64,000 nt of DNA from contig CM074513.1 of the NCBI GenBank assembly GCA_037379345.1, positions 26,412,001 to 26,476,000 of the forward strand. The letters are read 5' to 3'. Numbering within the stretch: the stretch's first letter is position 1; the number at the start of each line of letters is the position of its first letter. Below the pieces are notes generated by a model. That model was given only the letters and a program-made list of their open reading frames with translations, ran no database searches and was not told where the DNA came from. Shown one piece after another: positions 37,540 through 55,807 of the stretch. Made by a program: the position numbers and the translations under genes. Origin of the DNA: Perna viridis. Taxonomy: Eukaryota.

Positions 37540-37834
37540 CACTTAAATGTGCGGTAGAGATTTCTAATTTTACCGAACAATTTAGTTACTTCAGGGTACT
37601 ATATAGCTTGCAATAATGGCTTTAATCAGAACTTAAAACAATCTAAACATGACGTTCACTATAGACAATTTATCCTCTTCATGAGATGTAAACAGTTAGT
37701 TTCACACCACTTATCTCCTGCTCAAACATAACAAAATAGATTAGCACAAATGTAAATATTATATATTTGAGGGCTTTTCACGTTTTATCCAATCGTAAGA
37801 CCGCCCTCGGCTATATATCAGCGTCCCGCACGTG
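37540..37834 (+). promoter_or_regulatory. Putative NK3 promoter
   Basis: CCAAT at 37789, GC box CCGCCC at 37801, TATATA at 37812, CACGTG at 37829, and NK-type CACTTA at 37540 and 37708, all 220-510 bp upstream of the ATG. Confidence 0.45.
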
Positions 37835-38052
37835 TAAAATCAATCATATGTAATGTAATCTCTGTAATATGCCACAAATATAGTGTCGTTAAAGTCAATG
37901 AAAACACAAAGTAGGAGGAGCAATTTGCATTATCATATCTTGTTTAAAATCAAATCAGAACTAAATTGTATTGTCAATACACACGGTCATGTTATCTATA
38001 TATAATTGATAAATATGACCGAACCGCATAGTACTAACATTAAAAACAACAG

Positions 38053-44227
<6,175 letters not shown>

Positions 44228-46675
44228 CGTTTTTGTGTTTTATAGTTGTTCCAATTGTGAAAAAATATAATAAAGCTTTTGTCGTTGCATTGCAGTTTCG
44301 TTTAATAGAAAAAAACATATATGATCGGAATTATACCGGTTTAGCGAAATTTGCACTGCATACACCATAAACATATACAATCATACAAGATTAACGAAGG
44401 CTAGACATTTCTGACTTTGGACGGGCAAAAAGACGCTGCTGGGTAAAACTATTTTGTTGGGATTTCTTATTTTTTTTATTTACCTGTAGCGATGGAGACA
44501 ATATAAATCAACAAAACACGCACATTAAATGTAAACGTCTTTTAATTAATCGAGGTGTACTAATTTTCGCTATCTTTGCGGTGGACTATAAAATGCGAAA
44601 AACAGAATCTGCAAAACTGATTTGTAACAATATGTAACATTCATCATTGCTTTTAAACCTCGAAAATGAATACCGGCAAATAGATTCACTTGACACAATT
44701 CGCGAAATTAATACGTTTACAGTAATATACCAAATATAATATAAATCAACAAAATCTGTAGATGTATTAATTTTCGCGGTGTAATAATTTTACCTATTAT
44801 CGTAATGGACTAAATATGGCAAAAATGTCTTTACATTTTTTATTAAAGCGCGAAAATTGATACCTGCGAATATGTTCACTTGACAGAATCTGATAAAATT
44901 GATACCTTTACAGCAACAAACCAAGCATAATACAATTAATGATGAACCCAGGACTAATAGAGTTACTAGATGCAAACTCTAGACATCAATTAATTGATCA
45001 AGAGCTGATGCTTTACATATAGAACGTCAGTCAAAACCCGTCCCACTCAAGGTTTAGCATAATGATAGCCTTTAATGTACAAGAAAAGCATAAGACGTGT
45101 GATGCCAATTTCGATGGATGCTCGTTTGAAGTGATTGATCTTGATTTCAAAAATTGAGGAACTTTATCAATGTGCAAGATCAATCTTTGAAAAAAGATCA
45201 AATTCTTGTTAATTGAACAGCATATTTTTTAAACTTATGAACTTACATTACCATTAAAGATAGCATGAACTATATGAAGAAAGCATAACCCTTGTCACGT
45301 CTGCAATAATGATTCAAAGTAGGATATGCGCTACAAAATATAGCTGACAATTGAAAGAATAATACGACATCGTTCTTAAAAAAAATGACATTACTTCTAA
45401 TTCCATTCGGGGATAAAAAAGGTTTTTGTCTTATAATGCATCTAATCTTTTAATAGAACACTGGTAGTTTAATGATTTTGATTTTATGCTAGTTACGGAA
45501 AAATTGATCACGATTCTGATTCAGTACTTTCTCAAAATAGAGCTCACTCCACATTTTAATGAAGTTAATCCGGTTAGGAAGTGAACAATAATGCCAAGCA
45601 TATGGACTTGTTTGTCATTATTATCATCATAAATATGGTTAGGAGAACAGATTGTTAACAATGAATAGTACTTGCATGTGACGGCTTAATCGTATTCCAT
45701 GATTCTTAAGCAGAGGATGCGAGAATGAGTTGTCCAGAGTAAAACTTCGTTGCACGAAACAGCCCATTGACCAACTCCGGAAATTAATACTTACAAATTA
45801 GTATCCCATTCTGCGACTAAAGAATTGTCTTTTTTAATTTGCATCTGAAATGTATTAAAAGTTCATTTGTTGATGAGCGAATTCAAGAATCTGGAGTTGT
45901 CTTAATTGAAATATCAATTTGAAGAAGGCCAGGTACGTTCTGCTTTTGAAATGGCCAGATCAGTATTGATGAAAATACAAGCGGAAAAGATTATATAATT
46001 TCTTTCTACAACTGCCCAAAATTTTCTGACTGTTGTGACATCAACGTTGAATTAGTAGATTGTATAAAATGATAAAATGTTTCAAAACTGATTCCTTATA
46101 ATTATCTGTCTGCAAAATTATGTTTGTGTCTATCCCATGATGTTGAAGTTGAAGTACGATCAAGAGTGCATATTTAACGGAATAGAATATATTTGGGAAT
46201 AACACTTTTATTTTTAACCATTTTCAAAACTGTGAAATATTTTTATTCTGATAAAATTTCAAAACTGAAATGATGTTGCAAAATAAACACAATAACCAAT
46301 ACAAGAATAACAAGTCGTCTTTTTGACAGCAAAGTTTTACCTTTAATACAGTAATACTAAACGTTTAAAACAATTCATGTGAAGACACACTTATTGCCTA
46401 CCGTATGTACGAATGACAGCATGTGCTGCAAAAAACAAATCACATTAAAGTTTTGTCAAATTGTCCATAAAATGATGAACATAATCATTATACCAAGTTT
46501 GAATAATATTGGTTCAATACTTATTGAATGGCACAAAATAGGTACTCTCAACAACGTAAAGGGGAAATTGCTAGGTCCAACATGCTTGAAAATGTAGAAC
46601 ATTTCTGTCATACTCCTCCAAAATAGGAGCTGCACATTTTTACTGTGTATGCAAATACTGTTCAAAGTTATAATA

Positions 46676-46927
46676 TAGCCTATCTGGCCGAGTGGTCTAC
46701 GGCGCTGGACTTAGTGCAGGCGGTGTTGCCATAGATGTCACAGAGGTACGAGTTTGAGTCCCGGGGAGGGAACGACCAAAAATTTGCATCGCAAATTTGA
46801 CAGTTCTAACATCGTTGGGAATTTTCAGACCCTCCTATAAGTTTACGTTATCTGCCCTGTGTCAATTTGATCCGATGGAGCAGTGTAGCGAATAGAGTCG
46901 TCACATTCTGAGACGTTTATATATATA
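46676..46927 (+). mobile_element. tRNA-derived SINE-like repeat family B, copy without the 5' extension
   Basis: A box TGGCCGAGTGG, B box GTTTGAGTC, tRNA-Leu-like D arm, ends in (TA)n. Confidence 0.85.
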
Positions 46928-49314
46928 GACCGTATGCATTTTTTATAATACTGATTCAATACTGTTTGAGTTGTTAATTACACATAATAGGTACTGTCTA
47001 TGACATATAGAGTAACAAAAAACTTCAACATGCTAAAAATATCGGAATCAATTCAGTAAATTTCGTAAGATGCGCATGTTCAATAGAACATATAAAAAAC
47101 TGTGAAGAAGATTGGAAAATATTGCTTTAATACTTTTTGAGTTATATTCAAGATATTAAAGTAAGACAAAGTGGGTATCCCCTAAGAGTAACTTCACCGG
47201 TGGAGAAGCGGGCCATAAAAAACTTAATCTTTAAAATGTTGATACTGTCTGAATGTGTGAATAGCTTAGTACTTGTGACTATACTTCTTTACAGATAAAC
47301 CAGGGTGTGATGTGTTTGTTCGTTTTGCTTTGTTTTGTATTTTTGTTTTCAAATTTTGATTACATCTAATTTAGTTGTAATTTTGTTTGTGTGTCATTGC
47401 CTTGTGTTATCCTTTATTTTATTTAGTGTTTCTTTATCTTTCAATTTGGATTTCAATTATAACTAAACAGAACTACATTTTAATCGTCACTTTAGATTAT
47501 GTTATTACAAATTAGGAAACACAAAAAATGCTAGACCTAAACTAACAAAAGTACACCTGATGGCTCAACCAACTTTAAGAGGAGTGACCGAGTTGAATGT
47601 ATTTGCTGAAAACGTATCATATGAGAAAAATAATGAACGAAATATGTTCAGAACACTTTTAAGGAAAGTGTTGCAAACGTACGAAACATCCAGAACTGGA
47701 AGCGTTGTTATAAATTGTTACAAATACAATTTATCATTAATTTGAAGAGATGAGTAAGTTTATTTTTTCTATTTTGAAGTCCAACCAAATTCCCTCAAGA
47801 TAATTCAAGAAATTTATAATTTTTGCTGTTCTAGAGAATATATTAGTGATGAAATTAGACTTTCAAATTAAAACGAACAATATGTGACACCATCTCTTTT
47901 AGGGAAATTAATACTTATTAACGAGAAGTTTTGCATTTTAACTAACATTTTTTTCAAATAAAAATAAATAAAATTGCATTATACGAAGCCACTCCTACAA
48001 AATTAGTAGAAGATGTTAATAATCTAAAACAATTAAATGAAATCCATTTTCATTCCAATTAGGTTAGATTTCCGCAGGTAATACTCAATCTGTATAATAG
48101 GCTTGAGAAATTACACTGTAACAATTCGAGTTAGAGAAATAAACAAAGACGAATTACGTGTGAAAAACTCTTTTCCTAAATGCAAATTATTTCGTAGTTT
48201 TCAGTTTAAAGATACGGATTATTTTCTATGCAAACACTTTTCCTTACCGTTTCCTTACCAGTTTTTGTTTGCCTAATATCTTATGATATAATTTTGTTTG
48301 ATGGTTAAAAGCACAGAAATTAATTATCTTCGTTTTGTACAGATTGGGGTATGATTACCATTAATTGGTTAATTGGATGTAAATGAATATAGATTTCAAA
48401 TGTTTCTTTTCAATGCAAGTGTATCAAAAAGTATTTGATTAATGAAAAATGCATAACTGTGATGTCATCATATTGGTTCATAGAAATAAAATTATTTACA
48501 TCTGTACTTTTCGGAAAATTTTTTTTTCGTAGTATTTTCGATATAAGCAATAATTCCAACTGATTAAATGTCAGCGATTGGGACGAAAAGTGTCTTTTTT
48601 ACAAAAAGAAATCAGAAATAGTATTACTTTATGTCATGCTTTGTTTTCATTTCAAAAACGTTGTTCAATTATTTATTATAAACTTGTCTATTGGGGTGAT
48701 AGGGAATCTATGATATATGTAAAATATTTATTGCGAAGTTACTAAATAACCTCACACCTCTAATTAATCATGCATATGATATCACAAGGCTTAAGTTTAT
48801 ATGTGATAATTACACTGCGCACTAAAATGAAACGCGAAGAAATAATTTGCTTCTGACCAATCATTTAGTTTAATCCAACGGTAAATGGTCTTTATTCTCA
48901 ACCACCACATTCATATGGGTAATACAATTCAAGCATGCCGCAACGCAAATATCATAAATGTATAACACCAACCAAATACAATGACCACTTATAAATATTT
49001 AAACTTGGCAAAACATTTCACGCTCAGAAATCAATGAAAACTTGCAGGTTTACTTTGATAAGAGTGTCTCTGTTTGAAAAGTATGTGTTTCTTTTTGATG
49101 TTTGAGAATTTATATCCAGAATAACAGAAAATGTAAAACAGTTGACAAATTCGATATATGATGAATGGGTACGTCTCAAAGAAGAGATGCATAACCTAAA
49201 CAAAGCTGAAAAAATATTTTTGATTACACAATTAAAATTTGGAATTACACCGAAACAAAAACATGATCTAATTTGATCGTTAAGGCGTATTCAACTGAAT
49301 CATGAAAACCGTTT

Positions 49315-49613
49315 GTTCAACGTGTCACAGTTTTCCTTTCCTCTTTCGTTAACCCGAATTTGCCATTTTTATGTGCAGCTCGATGGGTGTTTCTAGAAAA
49401 GCAGAGAACGCTTACCCCACCGGTGCACCTGGTCCATATTCCCAGTTTTCAGAGGAGTCCGAGTTGTTTATTTAATTTTGTTTCTTTGTACATATCATTT
49501 TGGTAATTTTATGTTCTTTGTTGTATTTGTTTGTTTTCCACGTCTGGTCTTTGTCTCCGGATTGCGTTCTTTTGATTTCCGCTAGAATCTTGGTTCCCTT
49601 GATTACTCTTTCA
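49315..49613 (-). mobile_element. Interspersed repeat family A copy
   Basis: Aligns with 42403-42690 over its full length. Confidence 0.85.
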
Positions 49614-50374
49614 ATCAGGTTTTTGATATTTTATGGATCTACGTTGTGTCTGTTTTTGTCATATTTACTTAGTATTCTTATCTTAAAAATGACAAAGACT
49701 GGCAATTAAATGTTTAACTCCACTTTTCATGAATATTTTATGGGGTAGTTTCTACTTACCGCTATTTATACTTTCATTACTTATAGAATAGTTAACATTA
49801 AGATCATCGATTTTGTTAAAAAATGTTTATGCTTCAGTTCATCATTTTTATCCGCTTTAAAAAATCTACTACAGAGGAAACATTCAAATTAGCCATTTAA
49901 CACCTTCAAGTTAATAACAATTACATGAGCTTGATGACAGATGTACGTCCATTAGCACGTATGTTCATCTGTCGTAAGTTCTAAACAGTTGTTTTGGCGA
50001 AAGGTAAATTATTATTTTGCTACTTCCAAAGTGAAAGTGCTTTATTTCAATTAGAAACAAAAAGCATGATGACAGCATAATGCAAATTTAAGCAGTCTGT
50101 ATTTTCTATTAAATTACAGTTCATTTTTCTGTTAAGTTCATGTTCTCTATCGTTTTGATAACACAATTGCCCAATTTTAAAATTTCTTTTTATTGTTGCA
50201 TTTGATTGATAGACAAACTTCATTATTTACAAACCGAAATTGAGAAATGACATCAAGAAAATGGGCAGTTTTGACAATTTATTTAAAAATTAACAAAATA
50301 TGCTACTTTTGTCTTATGTTGTTAAATGTTATGCCTCCATACCATTCCATCGAAATATCCTTTATATATATATA

Positions 50375-50690
50375 ATGTCTCAGAATGTGACAACTCTATT
50401 TGCTACACTGCTCCATAGGATCAAATTGATACAGGAAAGATAACGTAAACTTATAGAAGGGTCTGAAAAATTCCCAACGATGTTAGAACTGTCTAATTTG
50501 CGAAGCAAATTTTGGTTGTTCTCTCCGCGGGACTCGAACTTGTATCGCTGTAACTCTATGGCAAAACCGCCTGCACTAAGTCCAGCGCCCTAGACCACTC
50601 GGTCAGCTAAGCTATATAAAAATATAGCTTTCGCTGGCAGGGTCATTCCTCTTTGTAGGATTAGCTATGGCTGTAACTTAGTACACGATG
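50375..50690 (-). mobile_element. Family B copy, inverted, with partial 5' extension
   Basis: Reverse complement of about 50738-51055; abuts (TA)n at 50363-50374. Confidence 0.9.
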
Positions 50691-50692
50691 CA

Positions 50693-51062
50693 TATCCTAC
50701 ATAACAACACCTAGATGAACTGTCCCGTACTACCATACATCGTGTACTAAGTTACAGCCATAGATTAATCCTACGAGGAGGAATGACCCGGCCACCGAAA
50801 GCTATATTTTTATATAGCCTAGCTGGCCGAGTGGTCTATGGCGCTGAACTTTGTGCAGACGGTGTTGCCATAGATGTCACAGCGGTACGAGTTCGAGTCC
50901 CGGGGAGGGAACGACCAAACATTTGCATCGCAAATTTGAGTTCTGACATTGTTGGGAATATTACAGACCCTTCTATACGTTTACATATCTTCCTTGCATC
51001 AATTTGATCCGATGGAGCAGTGTAGCGAATAGAGTCGTCACATTCTGAGACGTTTGTATAAT
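50693..51062 (+). mobile_element. Family B full-length unit (about 125 bp extension plus tRNA-like part plus tail)
   Basis: Starts TATCCTACATAA; contains A box and B box (GTTCGAGTC); ends GAGACGTTTGTATA. Confidence 0.9.
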
Positions 51063-51100
51063 ATTGATTTGTTGTGACATGCATCATTAATTTGATCCTC

Positions 51101-51400
51101 TATCCTACATAATAACACCTAAATGAAATGTCCCGTACTACCATACATCGTGTACTAAGTTACAGCCATAGATTAATCCTACGAGGAGGAATGACCCGGC
51201 CACCGAAAGCTTTATTTTTATATAGCCTAGCTGGCCGAGTGGTCTAAGGCGCTGGACTTTGTGCAGGCGGTGTTGCCATAGATGTCACAGCGGTACGAGT
51301 TCGAGTCTCGCGGATGGAACGACCAAAAATTTGCATCGCAAATTTGACAGTTCTAACATCGTTGGGAATATTTCAGACCTTTCTATATTTATATATATAT
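51101..51400 (+). mobile_element. Family B tandem copy, 3'-truncated into (TA)n
   Basis: Near-identical to 50693-50975. Confidence 0.9.
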
Positions 51401-53181
51401 TAAATTTATGACATACAAACTGTCATAAGAGTTTGTTGGTAGAAGAATGTGGATGTTACTTATTTCATAAGAACCAACCTAAATTTGGGGATTTAGTTTA
51501 TGAAAAAAATCTAGTTTTTATTATGTCATTATTAAAATATAGCATCACGTTTACGGAAAAAGAATTATTAAGAAATTATCAATACCGCTTTTTGATTCTT
51601 AAAAAAAACTTTTTTAAAAACAAAACAGTTCATGGTATTTTGGGGCTGATTGTGACTTTTATAGTCTCCACCTCTTTTAATTTCAAGTGCAGCATGATGC
51701 ATATTTGTGAAACATTATATGCTAGTATACCTTAAACAGTGTTTTGGAAGCTTATAATGCCTAAAATGGCACTATCAATTAAAGATCTATCAGTACAAGT
51801 TAAGCAGTAATATTATATAGCTAGCATGTACATAATGCTTAACAGCTTACGCAAAAACATTAATCAAAATAAGACTATTCCATGTATGTCATTATAGTCT
51901 TATCATAAGATAAGCCAAGACCATAGCATATACCAATCTGACTTAAGATCAATTTTAGTTTCCATTCAGTGATATTGATAAATTTCAGTGATTTGCCAAG
52001 CAAAAACGTTTTTTACGAAAGACGAATTCCATTGTAATAAAAGAATAAAAGGCAATCCTTAGTCAAGACAAGATTGTAGGGCTCAGTTACTTTACTAATT
52101 ATTTCTCATCATTTCAGCATTCGTTTACTATTTATTAAATTGAATTAATTATTATTATAGATGCACCAGTCTCCATTAATTCGCACATTGCACGACGGTT
52201 TATAGCTGCAATGATTTTATAACACCAAAATATCATTCTGAACTTCATCGTTTTATAATATAATTTGATTTCTTACAGGTCTTCCCTATGGTAGGGTATC
52301 TGAGCAAAATTGATATTGTGTATAACTTGTATGGAAGTGGAATAATACTTACGACAATTGATCCACTATTCGCGATTGAATTTTTCTCCAAAACTAAATA
52401 ACGTTTTGATTGTGAATTTGCTATATTTGGACTGGAATCTGTCGAAGTAAATTATAGTATATTATCTGGTTTTTGGATAGGTGATATTTGTACTATTTTG
52501 CATTGGACATTTTACATTTTTTATAATCTATTCAGTAACGAAGCATTTCTGCCAAAGCAGGCTGAGAACGGACATGACACAAAGTTCACGGTAATCGACA
52601 TTGTCTGTTATTAAAAGACAAATCGAGTTGCTTATGTCTTCTTCATATAAATCAGGCTTGAAATGCTAAGTTAAAGGACAAAAATACATGTTCGTTAAAA
52701 GCAAAAGTACACTATGGCCATAGATTTTTCAATGACTAATATTATTCATTTTCAATAGTAATCCAGCTAAACAGATAAGTGTACGTTTAAAACAAGCGCG
52801 TAACAAACAAAAACTTTAATCATTCTTGAAATATTCATATTGTAACGTGTAAGTAGTGGGAAACGTATTTGTGTATGTATATAAGGGACTATTTGTTTAC
52901 GAGAATCTCTGACTTTATTGCATTTTCAATAAATTTTGTCAATATCATAAACTTATAAAGATATTTGTATATACACTACAGGTGTATGTCAAAAGTAAAT
53001 ATCAGATTCCATGTGTATCTATCATGTTCAAAATGATGATGGGTAAGTCTGTTTTGTTTAATTTGCATTAGTATTAAGATATCATTGCATTACCATTTAC
53101 GAAATATTTGATAATATATATTTTTTAATATAAATAACTTCAATTTTGAGTGAGAGTAATTTGATCGCATTTGTTATGTAT

Positions 53182-53346
53182 AAGAGTAATCACGGGAACC
53201 AAGGTTATAGCGGTAATCAAAAGAATGTAATACAGGGACAAAGGCCAGACATGGAAAACATACATACATAACAAAGAACATAAAGTAACTAAAATCATGC
53301 ATACAAAGTAACAAAAGCAAATGGGCAACTCAGACTCCACTAATAA
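53182..53346 (+). mobile_element. Interspersed repeat family A copy, truncated
   Basis: Shares the AAGAGTAATCACGGGAACCAAG terminus. Confidence 0.8.
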
Positions 53347-55019
53347 GTGGCTTTTTCTAGCTGGTTACATTCTACTTCATATTACATTCTAATTGCGTAA
53401 TTAATATAAGATTGATGAAATTTGGTTACATTTACTGAAAGTTAAGAAATTATTGTGTCTATTTAGATGCTGGATTTTGGGAACATTAAGGTGGTTAATG
53501 ATACAATATTTGAAAACTTGAAATTGTGCCTGTTTTCCAAGAATTCGAAGTAGTTTTGAAGATATCAATGCTAAGTCCTGATTTCACATAGATTCTTGTT
53601 AAGTTATCTTAACAATTTATGATATTTTGTACATGTATTGATGTTTTATCAAGAATTCTTGTGAGTTGATATGGCACTAAAATTGTTCTAAAACTTTTAT
53701 TCTTTCATAGTTGCAGATGAAGGAATCTACAAAAAATATCAAATCATTCGCAGAATGAGTGAATATATGAAGTTTCGTTTATTGCTTCAGCGGGTAAGTT
53801 ATCTCTTTTAATGAAAAGACCGTTTAGTATTTTAAAACTTTAATGCACCACCTCGGAAATGGTTAGCATATTAATCATGAGGTCTTATTGGTAGTATTGT
53901 ATTTATAGATGGTTTATTGGAATAAGGGAGATAACTACAGACGGATTCAAGAAAAAAGAATTTATTGTATTACGTGAAAAAGTGAAAACCATGATTAGGG
54001 CGATATTCAAAACTCAAATGTCGAAGAACAAAAAAAACGAGTACATGTAATAGATTGGGAGTGGTGCAATGGCCATGTTAAAACTCAAACATAACTACCC
54101 CGTCTTTATTGGTTTCAGAGCGTTTTAAAAGTTAAGTACTTACATTGAAGTTAAAAAACTACAAATATTGTAAAGATAGAAAAAGAACGGATATGGTGAA
54201 ACGTAACAAATGCACAAGATTATAATCTGAATATAAAATAGTAAATAACTTTCAGATATCATCATAGATTGGTCTTCAATAAGTGTAAAGTAAGCTCTGG
54301 AGGGCCCCGACAATAAAATAAAATCCACGGTAATTCAACGATGACAATTCTTCGAAATCAAATTAAAAAGAAATGTAATGATACAAAGACACATTAAAGA
54401 CCAACATCTGTCCTGACTGTGGACAGACGCTTGAATTTTACGGTTGCGTTTAACTAGTTTTTTAAGGCCTTGGTAATCTCCTTTGATATAAGGTCGGAAA
54501 TGTACTGAAACAACAAACACACCCTTAAATTCATTCAATAATACATCCAATTCTCTCCATGAAATACCTCAACACACACTACATAGACAAATAAGATATC
54601 CACTTAAAGAACGCTCGCTGTTACTAAAAGTGGTAAATATACAAGATCGATGTAGTTGAATACTAAAAAAATACTGATTTTTTACGTAGAGGTGAAATTA
54701 TGGATCGAATATCTCTATTTGTGAAAAGAATGTTCAAAGAATAGACATTAATTTGAAAATCGTATCTTTTACCAATAAAGATAACGTTTCATTATCTCAT
54801 TAATACATTAAAAACCGAAGACATGCGTCCTTTTATTAACCTTCTTCGACTATATGAATAAAAATGTCTTCCTGAATTTAAGTAAATCGTTGTACAAAAG
54901 GTGTTTATATAAAAGGAAGTGATAACATATAATTTCTGCCCAGGACTCATAATTTTCTATTCCATTTGAGTTTATATTTGTTTTGTTCGTTTCGTGGGAA
55001 AGTTGATTCAGAACTACTC

Positions 55020-55162
55020 TACTATGTGCACAGTGCGTATTACTGTACAATGTGTATAGTGCGTATTACTATACAACATGTATGGTTTGTATTACTGTAT
55101 AATGTGTACAGTGCGTATTACTTTACAATGTGTATAGTGCGAATTTCTGTATAATGTGTACA
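55020..55162. repeat. Minisatellite, 26-bp unit, about 5.5 copies
   Basis: Unit approximately GTGCGTATTACTGTACAATGTGTATA. Confidence 0.9.
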
Positions 55163-55648
55163 ATAATACAAACAAACTTTTAATGGTTAATGGTCTTCTT
55201 TTTGGAAGGACATTCAGTTTTAATGTTGATTCGCAAGATCATTTAAATGTTTACATATTATATTGCTTTAAGTCTTTTTGTCAGAATAAATTAAAACAAA
55301 TTTTAATCGTTTATTTTAAATGCATGTGCAGGTATATTGAGAACACAAAACATTATTTTATCATAAATTGTATTGATGATAGTTAAATAATTGTTGTTCT
55401 ATTCTATACAGATCAAATAATGATCAAGTCTTTCAAAATTTACCCAAAGAAGACATTTAAAATTTGAAGATAATAAACAAAAGTTTTACAAAGAAATGCA
55501 AATGATCGTCTTTTTCGTTTGTTTGAACATGAACTGAGAAATAATACAATCCCAAAATTGCACATTGAACTTGTGAATCATATAAGAGTGTATTAATTGT
55601 TTATACGATGTAATCTGATATTATTTAATATAAACAACCATATGTATA

Positions 55649-55807
55649 TGCATCGCAAATTTGACAGTTCTAACATCGTTGGGAATTTTTAAGACCTTTC
55701 TATACGTTTATATATCTTCCCCGTATCAATTTGATCCGATGGAGCAGTGTAGCAAATAGAGTCGTCACATTCTGAGACGTTATATATATATATATATATA
55801 TATATAT
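55649..55807 (+). mobile_element. Family B 3' fragment followed by (TA)n microsatellite
   Basis: TGCATCGCAAATTTGACAG...CACATTCTGAGACGT then a TA run. Confidence 0.88.

Noticed and set aside
46676-46770. Possible tRNA-Leu/Ser gene (also at 50530-50612, 50816-50905, 51225-51312)
   Set aside because: Has A and B boxes but no proper anticodon arm or acceptor stem and is embedded in a multi-copy repeat; tRNA-derived, not a tRNA.
55020-55162. Short repeats (also 61645-61790) as a CRISPR-like array
   Set aside because: Contiguous tandem units without unique spacers, in eukaryotic DNA with no cas genes.
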